From positions 26,536,001 through 26,600,000 of the forward strand of contig NC_042999.1 of assembly GCF_006345805.1 (NCBI RefSeq): DNA of 64,000 nt, read 5' to 3'. Source of the DNA: Octopus sinensis (lineage: Eukaryota). The notes under the pieces are model-generated. The model did not search any database, was not told where the DNA came from, and saw only the letters and a program-made list of their open reading frames with translations. Within the stretch, counting starts at the first letter, position 1; every line of letters starts with the position of its first letter. This document shows positions 28,721 through 41,205 of the stretch, in pieces. The position numbers and the translations under genes are program-made.

Positions 28721-28724
<4 letters not shown>
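28530..28724. repeat. Near-perfect 88-bp inverted repeat with 19-bp spacer
   Basis: Arms 28530-28617 and 28637-28724; one mismatch seen. Confidence 0.95.
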
Positions 28725-28752
<28 letters not shown>

Positions 28753-28769
28753 CACGCACACACACGCAC

Positions 28770-28805
<36 letters not shown>

Positions 28806-28944
28806 GTATGTATGTATGTATATATATATATGTATACATATATATATGTATGTGTGCGCGTGTATGTGTGTATGTATATATAATATATATATATATATAT
28901 ATACATAGATACATATATGTATATGATTCTATGTATGTATACGT

Positions 28945-30175
28945 AATTTTAGAGACAGAACAACATTCAACTCAACAAACACTGAAAGGGTTTATACCCA
29001 CCACTCCGTAAAAAGTTAAAAATTAAATCTTATAGTAACTGTATCTGTTCTGAATCCTGTATTTTCCGTTTATAAAACTACAGATGTTTCATGAAAGTAC
29101 GGCTTCCAGTCTTCAGGTCTGGATTCCTCAACATTTTTCATAACCCGTATCTCCGAATAACGAATAAAGAATTGCGAATAAACAAATACGAAATAAAAAT
29201 GAAATTATAATGAAACAATGATGAAATATTAATGAAATAAAAATGGAGACGAAAATATAACGAATGTTAATTTATCTTTTCTTTCCTCGGCAAAATTAGA
29301 CAAAGCTACATCTTGCAAATAAGCTAAAATTCGCGTTTGATACTACCTTTGTATGGGAAGTACTACAAATAAATGGCAGAAAGTTCTACTGGTGTATCTA
29401 TACCTTTATATAGTTCTGTCAGGGGAACCGGAAATGAATGCATCTCGGAAGCAAGCTACTTTTATCGTTTTTAAATTTATTCAATCTATGTATTATCTAA
29501 TAAGGTACTTCTTTAGACTCTCAATTCGAATATTTTGGGATAGATAAAAGTTACCTTTTATATTATTTAAAATCTATTATTTATATCATTATTATTATCA
29601 TTATTATTATCAAATATTTGACGTTGCATTTAATCTAAATTTCAAAATTAATGTTCAAAAATTTCATTTACAATTGTGTAACGTACGGCAAACAATTAAA
29701 TTCAAAATCTAAAGTATCGTAAATTAACCAATTAATATTATATATTTTTGTATGACTAGATGCTACTTTCTAGTAAAAACGGGTAGTATATAATTATAAT
29801 TATTATTATAACATTATCTAAAAAAAACATGACTGATTTTAGTTTATATACTAAAGAATCTAATCTAAACTCATCTTATTAATTAAGCAATTTATCCTAT
29901 GTTTGCATTTAATTTTTTGTTCATTCTGGGTATTGAGCAATATTGTTTTGTCTTTAAGATTTCCATGAATCCGTGAACTTATTTCCTATTCTATATGATT
30001 TGGCTTTAGATATTATCTTCCATTTTAGTTTGTAGTTAATTTCTTTGGATTTAACACCCCGAATATATTTAATTAAACCTCTCGAATTCATTATTTTTTT
30101 ACATTTAAAGGAATACAAATGCTGCGCTATCCTTTGTTTAATTTTATTAGATGTAGAACCAAAATATGTCATATA
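28945..30175 (-). mobile_element. Naiad-like PLE 3' end (GIY-YIG endonuclease, 3' UTR, terminal repeat with HHR)
   Basis: ORF 29954-30172: TYFGSTSNKIKQRIAQHLYSF...GLIKYI..VK...INYKLKWKIISKAKSY. Terminal repeat shared with 30780-31102 and 60195-60460. Confidence 0.85.
29075..29120 (-). ncRNA. Type I hammerhead ribozyme motif
   Basis: AGAC-CTGAAGA-cTGGAAG ccgta CTTTCAt-GAAA-CATCTG-TA-GTTT. Confidence 0.7.
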
Positions 30176-30197
30176 TGAATTTTCGCCATTCTTTCCA

Positions 30198-30201
30198 TTA
30201 C

Positions 30202-30234
<33 letters not shown>

Positions 30235-30332
30235 CATTATTATTATTATTATTATTGTTGTTGTTGTTGTTGTTGCTGTTGTTGTTGTTGCTGTTGTTGT
30301 TGTTGCTGTTGTTGTTGCTGTTGTTGTTATTA

Positions 30333-30392
<60 letters not shown>
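30198..30392. repeat. (TAT)n(TGT)n(TAT)n trinucleotide microsatellite
   Basis: Seen directly. Confidence 0.95.
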
Positions 30393-30393
30393 G

Positions 30394-31105
30394 AAGCGGA
30401 TTTTACCTTATTTGCAAGATGTAACGTTGTTCTAATTTTCGACGAGGAAAGAAATTATAAGTTACCATTTGTCTTATTTTCGTCTATATTTTTATTTCGT
30501 TATTATTTCATTGTTGTTTCCTTATTATTTCATTTTTATTTCGTATTTGTTTATTCCCAATTCTTTATTCGTTATTTGGAACCTTTATTCGTAATTTTTA
30601 CTCTTTTTTATTTCTCTTAAAATTTTTTTCCTTAAATATTTTGTCATTAAATGTTTTTTTTTAATGTTTATTCCTTGAGTCTTTATCCCGAAATTTTAAA
30701 TTTTATTTTTTATTCCTTAAATGTTTTCTACTTAAATTTTTAATATTCAGTTATTTTTTAGCTATTATTTGATTTCTATCTATTTGTACATATTAAGTAA
30801 GATAATATTGAAGATATAGAGTATCATGGAAGTATATAAGAGATAGGGGTAGTGAAACATTTTGAGGAATCCAAACTTGAAGATTGGGACTATGTCGATC
30901 CGAGTAAGTATTGAAACTAGATACCTCGTATCTAATCAATACCGATGTACTTTCATGAAACACGTGTAGTCTTATAAACGGAAAATACAAGATTCAGAAT
31001 AGATATAGTTATTATAAGATTTAAGTTTTAACTTTTTATGGAGTGGTGGGGATAAAACCTTTCAGTGTTTGTTGAGTTGAAGGTGGTTCTGTCTCTAAAA
31101 TTACT
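30394..31105 (+). mobile_element. Inverted, diverged copy of the same PLE 3' UTR and terminal repeat
   Basis: Reverse-complement similarity to 28945-29335. HHR-like motif at 30873-30972. Confidence 0.8.
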
Positions 31106-31212
31106 TTTCTATATAAGAAATAAACATTGAGAGATTTTCATTTCAGTAAATCTAATTAGAATGTCCGTTTCCTGTTTACTTGGAAGTAATATTCCCTAAT
31201 AATTATAATATA

Positions 31213-31294
<82 letters not shown>

Positions 31295-31296
<2 letters not shown>

Positions 31297-31700
31297 TAGG
31301 TTGAAAAGAGATTAGGGATCGATACAAATCAAATTTTTATATATAAAAAAAGATGGAGATGGAAATAACACAGGAGAACATCTGCTTAGACATTTCAATT
31401 TAAGAGGGAATTTAATAAAATATTATAAGAATAAAAATATTACCGGTTTCGGTGCGTTTCATCTTATCAAATAAGAGTAAATATTTATAGAAATTTGAAA
31501 AATTTGTATTAAAAACAATTTATCTTCTGTTTTGTGGCCAGGAACATGTCTGGATATTTTTTGTTGAAGTCTAGTTTGAATATAGTTTGGTGTATTGTTC
31601 AAAGTGTTAGAGAGTGAGAGAAGGGTTGTCTATTGACTGAAAGAAATCTTTGTGTGTTCCTGTCAAGCGAGTGACTAAAAAGTATTTATTGAAAGGGTTT
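31295..31700 (-). mobile_element. PLE terminal-repeat fragment with degenerate HHR (31438-31473)
   Basis: Minus strand TAT-TTGATAA-GATG aaacg CACC-GAAA-CCGG-TA-ATA, adjacent to (TA)n. Confidence 0.55.
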
Positions 31701-31769
31701 TATGTCCACGTGTGTGTGTCTGAATACACACAGGTGGACATAATATATATATATATATATAACGTCACG

Positions 31770-31875
31770 TGATATATATCATGTAGCCGACCCAGACCAT
31801 CAGATGTTGTAACAATTCGTTCGCATTGTTTTAGCCTTCGAATGACGCCAACCCGCTGCCTAAGCGAGCAGGCCA

Positions 31876-31877
<2 letters not shown>
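31770..31877. mobile_element. SINE internal fragment
   Basis: cagaccatcagatgttg...gcattgttttagccttcgaatgacgcca, recalled as a common octopus repeat and not verifiable within the window. Confidence 0.4.
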
Positions 31878-31920
<43 letters not shown>

Positions 31921-31929
<9 letters not shown>

Positions 31930-32340
31930 TTCGAGACAAAACCACTATTTTGCAAAACAAACAAGGAAAGACTTAATCAATACATAAATTTTTTTAATAT
32001 AAAGAAATAAACCGCCACTACAATCGTTTCATGTCTTCAATCACATTCGTCAGGTGGATTTTCGATCTCCTAATCTGTTTTAATTTATCAGGGAGTATGT
32101 TATCAATATGACCCTGGTGTACAAATGTACAAATATACGAACCTCAAGATACCCATCGAACAGTATAAGGGTACAGCAGTCACATACATGGTAACAATAC
32201 GCGTGGGATATAATGATATCATGTCAAAATAAATAATACAAGAAGAGGAACCGTCCTGGTGTTGATAGCTTCGATCTTATTCAGTTCCTTTTGCTTTCGA
32301 TTTCAGGATCAGTTTCAGTCTGCGTAAATACTCCACCTTA
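31921..32340 (-). mobile_element. PLE terminal-repeat fragment
   Basis: Contains a canonical HHR about 95 nt from its end at a (TA)n tract. Right boundary approximate. Confidence 0.65.
32015..32057 (-). ncRNA. Canonical minimal type I hammerhead ribozyme
   Basis: CCAC-CTGACGA-ATGT gattgaag ACAT-GAAA-C gatt G-TA-GTGG. All core nucleotides intact, GUA cleavage triplet. Confidence 0.88.
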
Positions 32341-32399
32341 AATATTTCTGTCATTTCTTTCTCCATAAATTTATCCATTTCCCAAATACCCAAGTACTT

Positions 32400-32500
32400 A
32401 TAACTCTCAGTCCGAACTCCATTCTGATATCAGCACTGAAGGTATATACCGTATCAACGAGGGAACTGACTTGGGCTTTATCTTTACGATAAAGTTTGAT
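32400..32500 (-). mobile_element. R4/Dong-like RT fragment abutting (AAT)n
   Basis: IKLY.KD..QVSSLVDTVYTFSADIRMEFGL. Confidence 0.75.
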
Positions 32501-32502
32501 TT

Positions 32503-32662
<160 letters not shown>

Positions 32663-33039
32663 CAGTTGTTTTCTTTTTATCACATGCTTACACTGCACTA
32701 CAGAGCGCAGTGCTGTGTGCATTTAGTATGTGCTGTGGTTTGCTGTGATGCTCTTATTTTCACTGTATTGAAGGTGTTTTACGTAGGGCGTGTGTGGTGC
32801 CTAGCAGTGCTTTTTTCTGTGTTGTATATATACTTGTTCGTCCTGTTTTTTGTTACGTAATTGTCTTAATATATTTTTATCATACCTAATGCGTCTACTA
32901 CTATTTCATGTAAATATATTTCGCAAATACCACGTAAAGCCTTCTCTTACCAGTCTAACTGAGAACTGTTGTTATTTTTCTGGTTTTACCTCGCTTTGAT
33001 TTTTAGTTTCCCTATGTCTTGCTATGACTCTAGCAGCTT

Positions 33040-34400
33040 ATATTAAACTTACGTCACTATTACCTACATAGGAGTCTATATCTACTCCAGCTAACGCCGC
33101 ACGGTCTTCTACTGATAGTAAACCTCTTCCACCTTCCTTTCTAGATAAGTTTAATCTTGCTACTTCTGCTATTAGATCGAGTCCTCATTTCATATTGAAT
33201 TGTTTCCTTGTTTTTCTGTCTAGTTTTGTTAATTCAGTTTTTGGCCAATCTACAAAAGCTGCTGGGATGATACTGCCCAATATTTCAGCCATTATTAGAC
33301 TCGGACCATTTAGCTTTGACTGGATTGGCCTTCTCGCACTTCTGAGTGCACTTCTCAACTTTCGTCTTCATCTGTCAGAATCTAATATTCCTAGATACTT
33401 ATAACTCTCTCCTCCTTTCAATGATTTTAATGCCTAGCTATCTGGAAACCGGATGCCTTCCTTATTGAAAACCTATCCCTTTCTCATGACTAATATTGCA
33501 CACTTACCTATGCCACAGGAATGTATCTCTTTCTCACTCTTACTGAAGAGCTTCAGATCATCTATGAACTCTTCCTGAACTGATCCCCAGCATTTATCTT
33601 CCTTAATACTAATGGAGGGAGATCAAACATACGACAAATATTAAAGGGAACAAAAATATACCATGGAAAATTCCTGTTTTGATATCATCTGTCTCTAAAG
33701 GTGTGTCATATCAGAGCGTATTACTTCCCATTTCTTTATGATAAAGCTAATTGATTTTCTTATGTTTCTGGTACACTGAATATACTCAAACATTTACTTA
33801 TCCATGAGTGTGGAATCATGTCATAAGCTTTCCTATAATCTACCCAGGTTATTGTTAGCTACTTCTTTCTAACTTTTACTTCATTTAGAACTGCTTTGTC
33901 TATGTATAATAGATCAAGCATTCCTGTAGCCTTCTTCCTGCAGCCTTTCTGTTCTTGAGGCAGTAACTTCTGGCTCTGAAGGTGCTCGTAAATGCTTCCT
34001 GAAATCATTCATATTAGCATCTTCCTCACTAAATTTAAGCAAGTGATTGGTCTACTATTCATTGCTGTATTACCCTTGCTCTTATATTTCATAAGCAGTA
34101 TTTTTCTCGTTCTAGTCATCCAATCTGGTGTTATTCTTTCATTAAGGCAATCCTGAAGTTGTTCCTTCAAGCCCACACGTAAACTACTAAATTTCTTTCG
34201 GCAATACCCTTGAACTTAATCTGGTCCTGGGTCATTCGAATTCTGTATTTTTCCTCTAATTTTACTCAATAATGCACCAGTTAATCTTAGATCAGGTTCA
34301 CATTCTTATTAGTACTGCATCAATCTCTTGTTTTCTTCGCTAGTCCACTTCCTCCATCCTGTTTTCTGTATTATCTGCTGATGCTATATTAGTATGACAG
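33040..34400 (-). mobile_element. Second R4/Dong-like RT pseudogene, inverted relative to 19311-20888
   Basis: 33608-34296 is the reverse complement of 20199-20888 at high identity. Continues with FIDDLKLFSK, KCAIL, YKYLGIL, SKLNG, LDRKTRK, RKEGGRGLLSVED. Confidence 0.9.
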
Positions 34401-36014
34401 CTGTGTTAGTCTGCATCTTTACTAAATCATGGCCGTGCGAGTGGCCTTCCTTTAAAGGTCCAGCTTCCTTTTCGATGTTACCATCAAAGTTTCTTCGGAA
34501 GCTCATGTCTCTCGTAAAGTGGGGTATGGTAACGTTCGTCACCAACGCCGACAACACTACTTTTCCCACATCTAATACTTTTAAGCAATTTTCTGTTGCA
34601 TCACTTTTTGCTACTCCTTATACTTTTCCATATATTTTTTTGTATGCAAACGAATACGACAACTATCTCATTTCCTTTCGTTAATGTCCATTTGCACATC
34701 TTCATTCCTTTCCTTTTTCCACTAACTATTCTATTTCCTTCTCTTCTTTTATTCCTCTTTTTCTCTTTCACCTCTCCCCACCTTCCTTTATCTCCCTTCT
34801 TTCTTCCTGCCATACAAATATACATCCTCCTAAATTACAAGCTGGCATACTGCTCTAACCACATATATTGAAGTTTTTACACATTGTTCTTACTTAGAAA
34901 TATTTTCACTGAGGAAGATTTGCGTAAGAGGTGCATTTTCTAATTCATATTATTAGCAGAAAGACCGCCTTCCGAGTGGTTTTCTGCTAGGCCCTTGATA
35001 ATATTTTCACATTTGATTCTCAATTCTAATAATTTTATATTTTATGTCTAATTATTCCTTTGTATAAAAGTGCTCATTTGCTTAATAAATATTGCTTTCA
35101 TTATTTTATCACAGACATAATCTCTCTTTTTTAAACAAACATCATGGTAGCCCAACAACAGCGGGAAACGCAGACTCTCAAGTTTTACCTTCCCCTCAGA
35201 GCAACAGAGAGATTTCGCTTCAGCAGCACATCTGTAAGGTTTGCAGTATATGTGTGTCAGGCAGAGACAGAAGGAGAGAGAACATTGCAGACAATGACTG
35301 AAATTATCATGAAGTAAAAAATCTTATAAATGAAAGTGCATTACTACAGATGTATACGCCGCCGATATTTGTTGCCTCAAAGCATCCAGAACAACGGATA
35401 CTTTTTAACTAAATTTTCTACAAATACCGCTTACATGTTGTGGCTCCACAATAAATTTGGATTTATTAGAAAGAATTTTTACGCGTGGTGGAAAGGGGAG
35501 TCTCGCAAAGATTAACACGATCTGATATTTTTCACCTCAAAACTTTCAGGAAGATGGGTATCTTTTACTGAAAATTTATGCAAATCCATTGCAAATGCCA
35601 TAGATTACGATTATAAAGAAAATTGTGGGGAAAATGTTTTCGGGGATTTTGCCCATTTTTTAAAGCCACAGACTTGGAAATGATGGGGGGGGGGAGCATC
35701 TTTATCACTCACATATGCATTGATGTTTTTCAATGTTCATCCCCATGAAAAATTCATATGCTATAAAAAAGAAAATTTGAGAAATTATGAATATTTTGTA
35801 ACCCCACTTCTTGCCTCCGATTGTTTCTGTTTAGAAATAAGAAACTGCAGAGCCTGACAAGTTCATTGTGGGCCTTATCCAGAGTGACTGAAAAAATTTA
35901 CGGAAATGTACTTGCATAGCAAATGACTTGATCTGAGGTTCTGTGCTGAAACAAACAATTGCAGCACAGATGTTTGTAAGTCATTCAAGAACACACAAAA
36001 ACTTTTACTTTCGC

Positions 36015-36265
36015 GGTAGTACTTAAATACAGAGGCCCAGCTTAAATACAGTGGTCCTAATGCATCTACATAACGATATGAAGGGGAGGGTTAGTTTTGG
36101 GGTTAGCGTTAGTTTCAGGGTTAGTTGGAGTTTGGGTTAGGGCTAGGGTGTCATTACACGTCCATACGGCGTTCATTTAAGATGATTTGTACGTAACATC
36201 TATATTTAAGTAGTACCTCTGTATTTAAGAAGCACGTTAAGGGACATCTGTATTTAACTGTCACC
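36015..36265. mobile_element. MITE with GG-starting TIRs and degenerate 8-bp TSD (Merlin-like, second family)
   Basis: ggtagtacttaaatacagagg / catctgtatttaactgtcacc. Subterminal ttaaatacag repeats. TSD actttcgc / agtttcac. Internal GGTTAG-like repeats. Confidence 0.75.
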
Positions 36266-36317
36266 AGTTTCACTTCAAGATTGAAATTTCATTTGTGTCA
36301 AAATATTTTCTTCGCTT

Positions 36318-36896
36318 AAGGCGGCAAGCTACAGGAACGTTAGCACGCCGGGCGAATTGCTTAGCGGTATTTCGTCTGCCGTTACTTTCTGAGTTCAAAT
36401 TTCACCGAGGTCGACTTTGTCTGTCATCCTTTTGGGGTCGATAAATTAAGTATCAGTTATGTACTGGGATCGAAATAATCGACTTAATCCGTTTGTCTGT
36501 CCTTGTTTCTCTTCTCTGTCTTTAGCTCCATGTGGGTAGTAAAGAAATAAGTATTTCGTCTGCCGCTCCGTTCTGAGTTCAAATTCCGCCGAGGTCGACT
36601 TTGCCTTTCATCCTTTCGGGGTCGATTAAATAAGTACCAGTTACGCACTGCGGTCGATATAATCGACTTAATCCGTCTGTCTGTCATTGTTTGTCGTCTC
36701 TGTGTTTAATCTCTCGTAGGTAGTAAAGAAATAGGTATTTCGTCTGTCTTACGTTCTGAGTTAAATTTCCGCCGAGATCGACATTATTTTTATCCCTTCG
36801 GGTTCGATAAATTAAGTACCTGTTACGTACTGGAATCGATTTAGTTGGTTGACCCCCTTCCTCAAAATTTCGGGCCTTGTGCCTAGATTAGAAAAG
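36318..36896 (+). mobile_element. tRNA-derived SINE (family B) with internal triplication and 16-bp TSD
   Basis: B box gagttcaaattcc. Three units of about 183 bp. TSD aatattttcttcgctt (36302-36317) / aatatcttcgtcgctt (36897-36912). Confidence 0.9.
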
Positions 36897-37740
36897 AATA
36901 TCTTCGTCGCTTTGAAACCGCGAACAGTTCATTGACAAAATTTCACAAAAATGATGCTGCCGGAAGTTTCGTCAGTGAGCACAGACACACACACACACAC
37001 ACACAAATTCATTGCCTTTCATGAATGCGTATCTATGTGTGTGCGCGTCACCGTTGAAGTCGCTCGTGCATCTTGTTTTGCATATTATGGGTTTGTGCTA
37101 TACACCTTTGGAAACTCTGAATGAGGTGCAGCTTTCGCGTACTTGAAGGTAACCTTTTTCTCCCCGTCTTCTAATAGTAATTACTCAACTTTCTAGGCTC
37201 TTCTCACAACTATCACGCGTTCAAAAAATTATCATTCAAGAAATAATATTTTTACTTTAAGTATACATTAATAAGAATAAACTATCGGCTTTCCAAATAG
37301 CGAATTAAAAATTAAAGGAGAACCAGAGAATTCGCAAATGAAAATGGAATACTCCGCAGTGAGTGCAATGAATATTTTAATCTGTGAAGAATTGGACGCA
37401 TTGAATGCAATGAATATTTAAATTTTAGAGAAACCAGAGTTTTAAAAAATCAATAAACTGGAGAAATCGAAATTATAGGAAATTTCTAAGAACAAGAATT
37501 TATAAAAATATTTCCAAACGGTCAACCCGTCAATAATTGCTCTCTTTGAGTACTTTTAGTAATTGTTATATACCTAATTAATAAGCAGCTTACTACATTA
37601 TTGTATAGATGCAAACCTGAAATGTAAGTATGAAATTAATTCTTAATAATACTATCTGGTTTGTCATCATTATTACATCACACACACAAGCGCACACACA
37701 CATACACACACAAACACAAACTCACAAACACAGACATACA

Positions 37741-37771
<31 letters not shown>

Positions 37772-38798
37772 TGTGTGTGTGTACTCTGTACAACAATCGC
37801 TTTATCGGGAAAACAAAGAATATGGTATCATACGTAGTTTACAATATTTATCTATCACCCTTCTGAATATTTCAAATAGTAGAACTGTATTTTCCACAGA
37901 TTATTTCTTGGATTTCGTTCCATAATTTAACATTCACTTCTCTTGCGAATAATCGACATTTCATATCTTCGATTGTCTTCCATATTTTGGAGCGAAACAC
38001 ACAAATCTAGGTAGATACGTACAAATGAATTTAGTTATACACGTTTATGCCGAATTTTTAACCGTAATTATTTTATTAAAATTTGTTCTTCATTTGAAAA
38101 TACAGGTAGCGTTCTTATCTAAATGTGATATTCTGGCGCAAAAACAATCGGTTTTAAAGACAGTGGCAGCGATGGTAGCGTCACAGGCGTCGGCGGAAGT
38201 GGTGGTGGTAGAGGCGCTTAAGAGTGATGTTAGCGTTGTTAAGATTGAACTAAAAAAAGATAGAGACGGATAGAAACAAAAAGTGAGAGCAGAATTAATC
38301 AAATGATAGAGAGAAGAGAAGAAAGAGGGAGAGAGATAGAGAGATAGAAATAGCGAGAGAGAGGGAGAGAGAGAAAGATAGAAAGGGAAAGGGAGAGTGA
38401 GATTATTAGGAGTGAAAGACCGAATTAAAATTAGCATGCAACAGAGTAACAGTAAAAAAGATGTGGGGAACTGAATACGAAGACGGACTTTGATAAAGAA
38501 AAATATAAAGAATTTTACGAAAATATAATGTCACTTCGACTTTAGTTAGACACATATAACCACCTCACGCGCTCTTTAATTCACGCGCGTTCTCTATCTC
38601 GCTTTCTCTGCATTACATTAGATGGAAGTATTTAAAAAATATTTTAGTATATATATTAATTGTTTCTGACTTAGGAGTAACAACAGCAAATTTATTATCA
38701 TATATCTTTTTAACTTGCCTCTTTTTTCTAAGCTTCTATCAGTTTTTCGAGTTGTACACACACAACACATGCATATGTACACATATATAAATATACAC

Positions 38799-39030
38799 GG
38801 GCGGCGAGCTGGCAGAAACGTTAGCACGCCGGGCGAAATGCGTAGCCGTATTTCGTCTGTCGTTACGTTTTGAGTTCAAATTCCGCCGAGGCCGACTTTG
38901 CCTTTCATCCTTTCGGGGGTCGATAAATAAAGTACCAGTTACGCACTGGGGTTGATGTAATCGACTTAATCTCTTTGTCTGACCTTGTTTGTCCCCTCTA
39001 TGTTTAGCCCCTTGTGGGTAGTAAAGAAAT
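38799..39030 (+). mobile_element. tRNA-derived SINE (family B)
   Basis: ggcggcgagctggcagaaacgttagc...gagttcaaattccgccgagg. Confidence 0.9.
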
Positions 39031-39047
39031 ATATATAAATACACACT

Positions 39048-39287
39048 CCCAACTACATGGCTCCGGGTTCAGTCTCATTCTGTGGCATTTTGAGCAAGAA
39101 TCTTCTACCAGCCTGGGGCGGACCATAGCTTTACCGGAGAATTTATTAGAAGGAATTGAAAGAAATCCGTCGTGTATACATACCCATACACACACAGATA
39201 TATATATTCAGTCTTTCATCTGCAATATAAATATATAATGTCTACATACATAAACATATACACGCACACACACACACACGCACACAT

Positions 39288-39330
<43 letters not shown>

Positions 39331-39361
39331 CACATACGTATATGTATGTATGTTTGTATAC

Positions 39362-39430
<69 letters not shown>

Positions 39431-39560
39431 TGTATGTATAAGTGTATACGTGTGTCCGCGCACGTCATTGTGTCACTGTCTGTGCCTCATCATCGACTGA
39501 CAAACGTTGTTAGTTTGTTTACGTCACCGTATTTTTGCGGTTCGGACAGAAGAACCTAGT
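39048..39560 (+). mobile_element. Degraded family A SINE with expanded internal microsatellite
   Basis: 39048-39175 and 39485-39560 resemble 44395-44520 and 44575-44660. Confidence 0.6.
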
Positions 39561-39719
39561 GTAGAAATATAGCAATGAAAAATACAAGTACTATGGTTGA
39601 ATCATCTGAGTAAATGTTCTTGAAACCGGTGTCCCGGTATAACCGCAGTCTAATGATTGAAACCATGATAAGATAAAAGAAAAAGTGTATATATAAATGT
39701 GTGTGTGTGTGTGTATCAA

Positions 39720-40245
39720 CCTTTAACTCTACAAACTTCATGCAAACTATCATCACTAGGTTATCATTCACACACTACCTAAACCACCTTTCTATTTTCC
39801 TCCCACCTTCCCCCTCAATAACTACCACTAGCCTCATTATAAGCCTTAGATTTTAAACTTTTCCCCCCTGTCACTACACTTTATTTAAGCACCCCCAACT
39901 CCCCATTCCTAACACACTTAGTTCTCCAGAAAATCATTCTTCTTTAAACTCCATCCTGTAAACACCTCAAATGTAAAATTCTCCAATTTAAAATTCTCCC
40001 CTGAAGGCGGAGCCACTATTATTCAATAATGGATGCATGTAACTATCGCTATTCCAGACCTCCAAGCCCCAAGAAACAGCTATTGGACTCGTAAAACTCT
40101 ACCCATTTAACTCCTGATATCATTTATATTCTATTTGACATCCATACACATGTACATTTTTTTTCTATTATATGTATTTAATATTCTGTGTAAATCGACT
40201 TGCTTAACTTGATTATCATTACATTTACTCATCTACTAGCTCAAG
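39720..40245 (+). mobile_element. PLE-like 3' UTR / terminal repeat with degenerate HHR-like motif (39998-40087)
   Basis: C/A-rich UTR-like sequence; ccc-ctgaagg...gaaa-cagct-att-gg. Confidence 0.4.
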
Positions 40246-40334
40246 TTCAAATCTCTTGATCAATTCGATGAGCAATAACATGCACCAAATATCGATTCAG
40301 GACATCACTATACCGGAAGCCGACCTTCACTGGA

Positions 40335-40445
<111 letters not shown>

Positions 40446-40957
40446 TGAGAGAGAGAGAGAGAGATCGTGATACCCACTACGGAGAAATGATCAAGCTCAG
40501 TAGCAATCAATTAACAAATACTCTCTCCGAAAAGATACAAAAGATATGCTACCCAAGACAGTATTCATGAGTAATACAACACTTCGCAAATATCTCCTTC
40601 GAGTAAAACCACCAATAGAGGAGAATATGACCAAAAACTGCGTGTACTACATCCCATGAAGGAGAAACATGCCGCCCCCTCAAAATAAGGGTAGAGGAAC
40701 ATCGCAAAGTTGTGACACGAGAAGAATCGGGTACAGCTGATCATGTATGAAAAAATGAAGATCGCCTCCCCCTGTGGGATGAAGTTAAAATAATAGACAG
40801 AGAACACCACTGGAAAATACGAAAACTGAAAGAAGCAGCGCACATGCTAAGACACAACAACCCCCTAAGCAGACCGAATGCAGATATGAGTAGCTTATGG
40901 GAACCGGTATTAAGGAAAGATAAGAAAATATTAGATTTATAAGCCCTAAAATTCATT

Positions 40958-41030
40958 CCATGATTGCGTAGTGGTTAAGAGCGCGTGTTACTAACCCGAA
41001 GACTCCGAGTTCGATCCCAGCCCGTGAGCT
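40958..41030 (+). promoter_or_regulatory. tRNA-like Pol III internal promoter (A and B boxes)
   Basis: A box ttgcgtagtgg 40964-40974 followed by ttaagagc; anticodon-like loop ttactaa; B box gagttcgatccc 41007-41018. Confidence 0.8.
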
Positions 41031-41031
41031 G

Positions 41032-41086
<55 letters not shown>

Positions 41087-41159
41087 TACTACTACTACTA
41101 CTACTACTACTACTAATAATAATAATAGGTATGAGTACCCAGGTTCGAAATTTCCCCAA

Positions 41160-41205
41160 GGCACATGATGAAGGCTGGAGGGTATATCAGCCGAAACGTT
41201 GTGTT
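41160..41205 (+). ncRNA. Minimal type I hammerhead motif (core C changed to A in this copy)
   Basis: GGCAC-ATGATGA-a-GGCTG gagggtatat CAGCC-GAAA-CG-TT-GTGTT. Confidence 0.75.

Larger units (their letters stand above)
35820..36980. mobile_element. Old repeat (possibly a PLE terminal region) carrying a nested MITE and SINE
   Basis: Host sequence rejoins across both TSD-bounded insertions. Terminal inverted duplication tcattgacaaaatttc / gaagtttcgtcagtga. Confidence 0.45.

Noticed and set aside
35495-35806. Possible non-autonomous DNA transposon
   Set aside because: TIRs and TSD could not be resolved convincingly.
36318-36896. CRISPR-like or satellite array
   Set aside because: The units are SINE cores without unique spacers, in eukaryotic context.
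40640-40665. TGA at the conserved Cys of VY.IPC, a possible selenocysteine
   Set aside because: It sits at a deletion junction that removes the C..YIG segment, so it is more simply a decay artefact.
40958-41030. Functional tRNA gene
   Set aside because: The acceptor stem does not pair well, there is no T-run terminator, and it is embedded in a retroelement.
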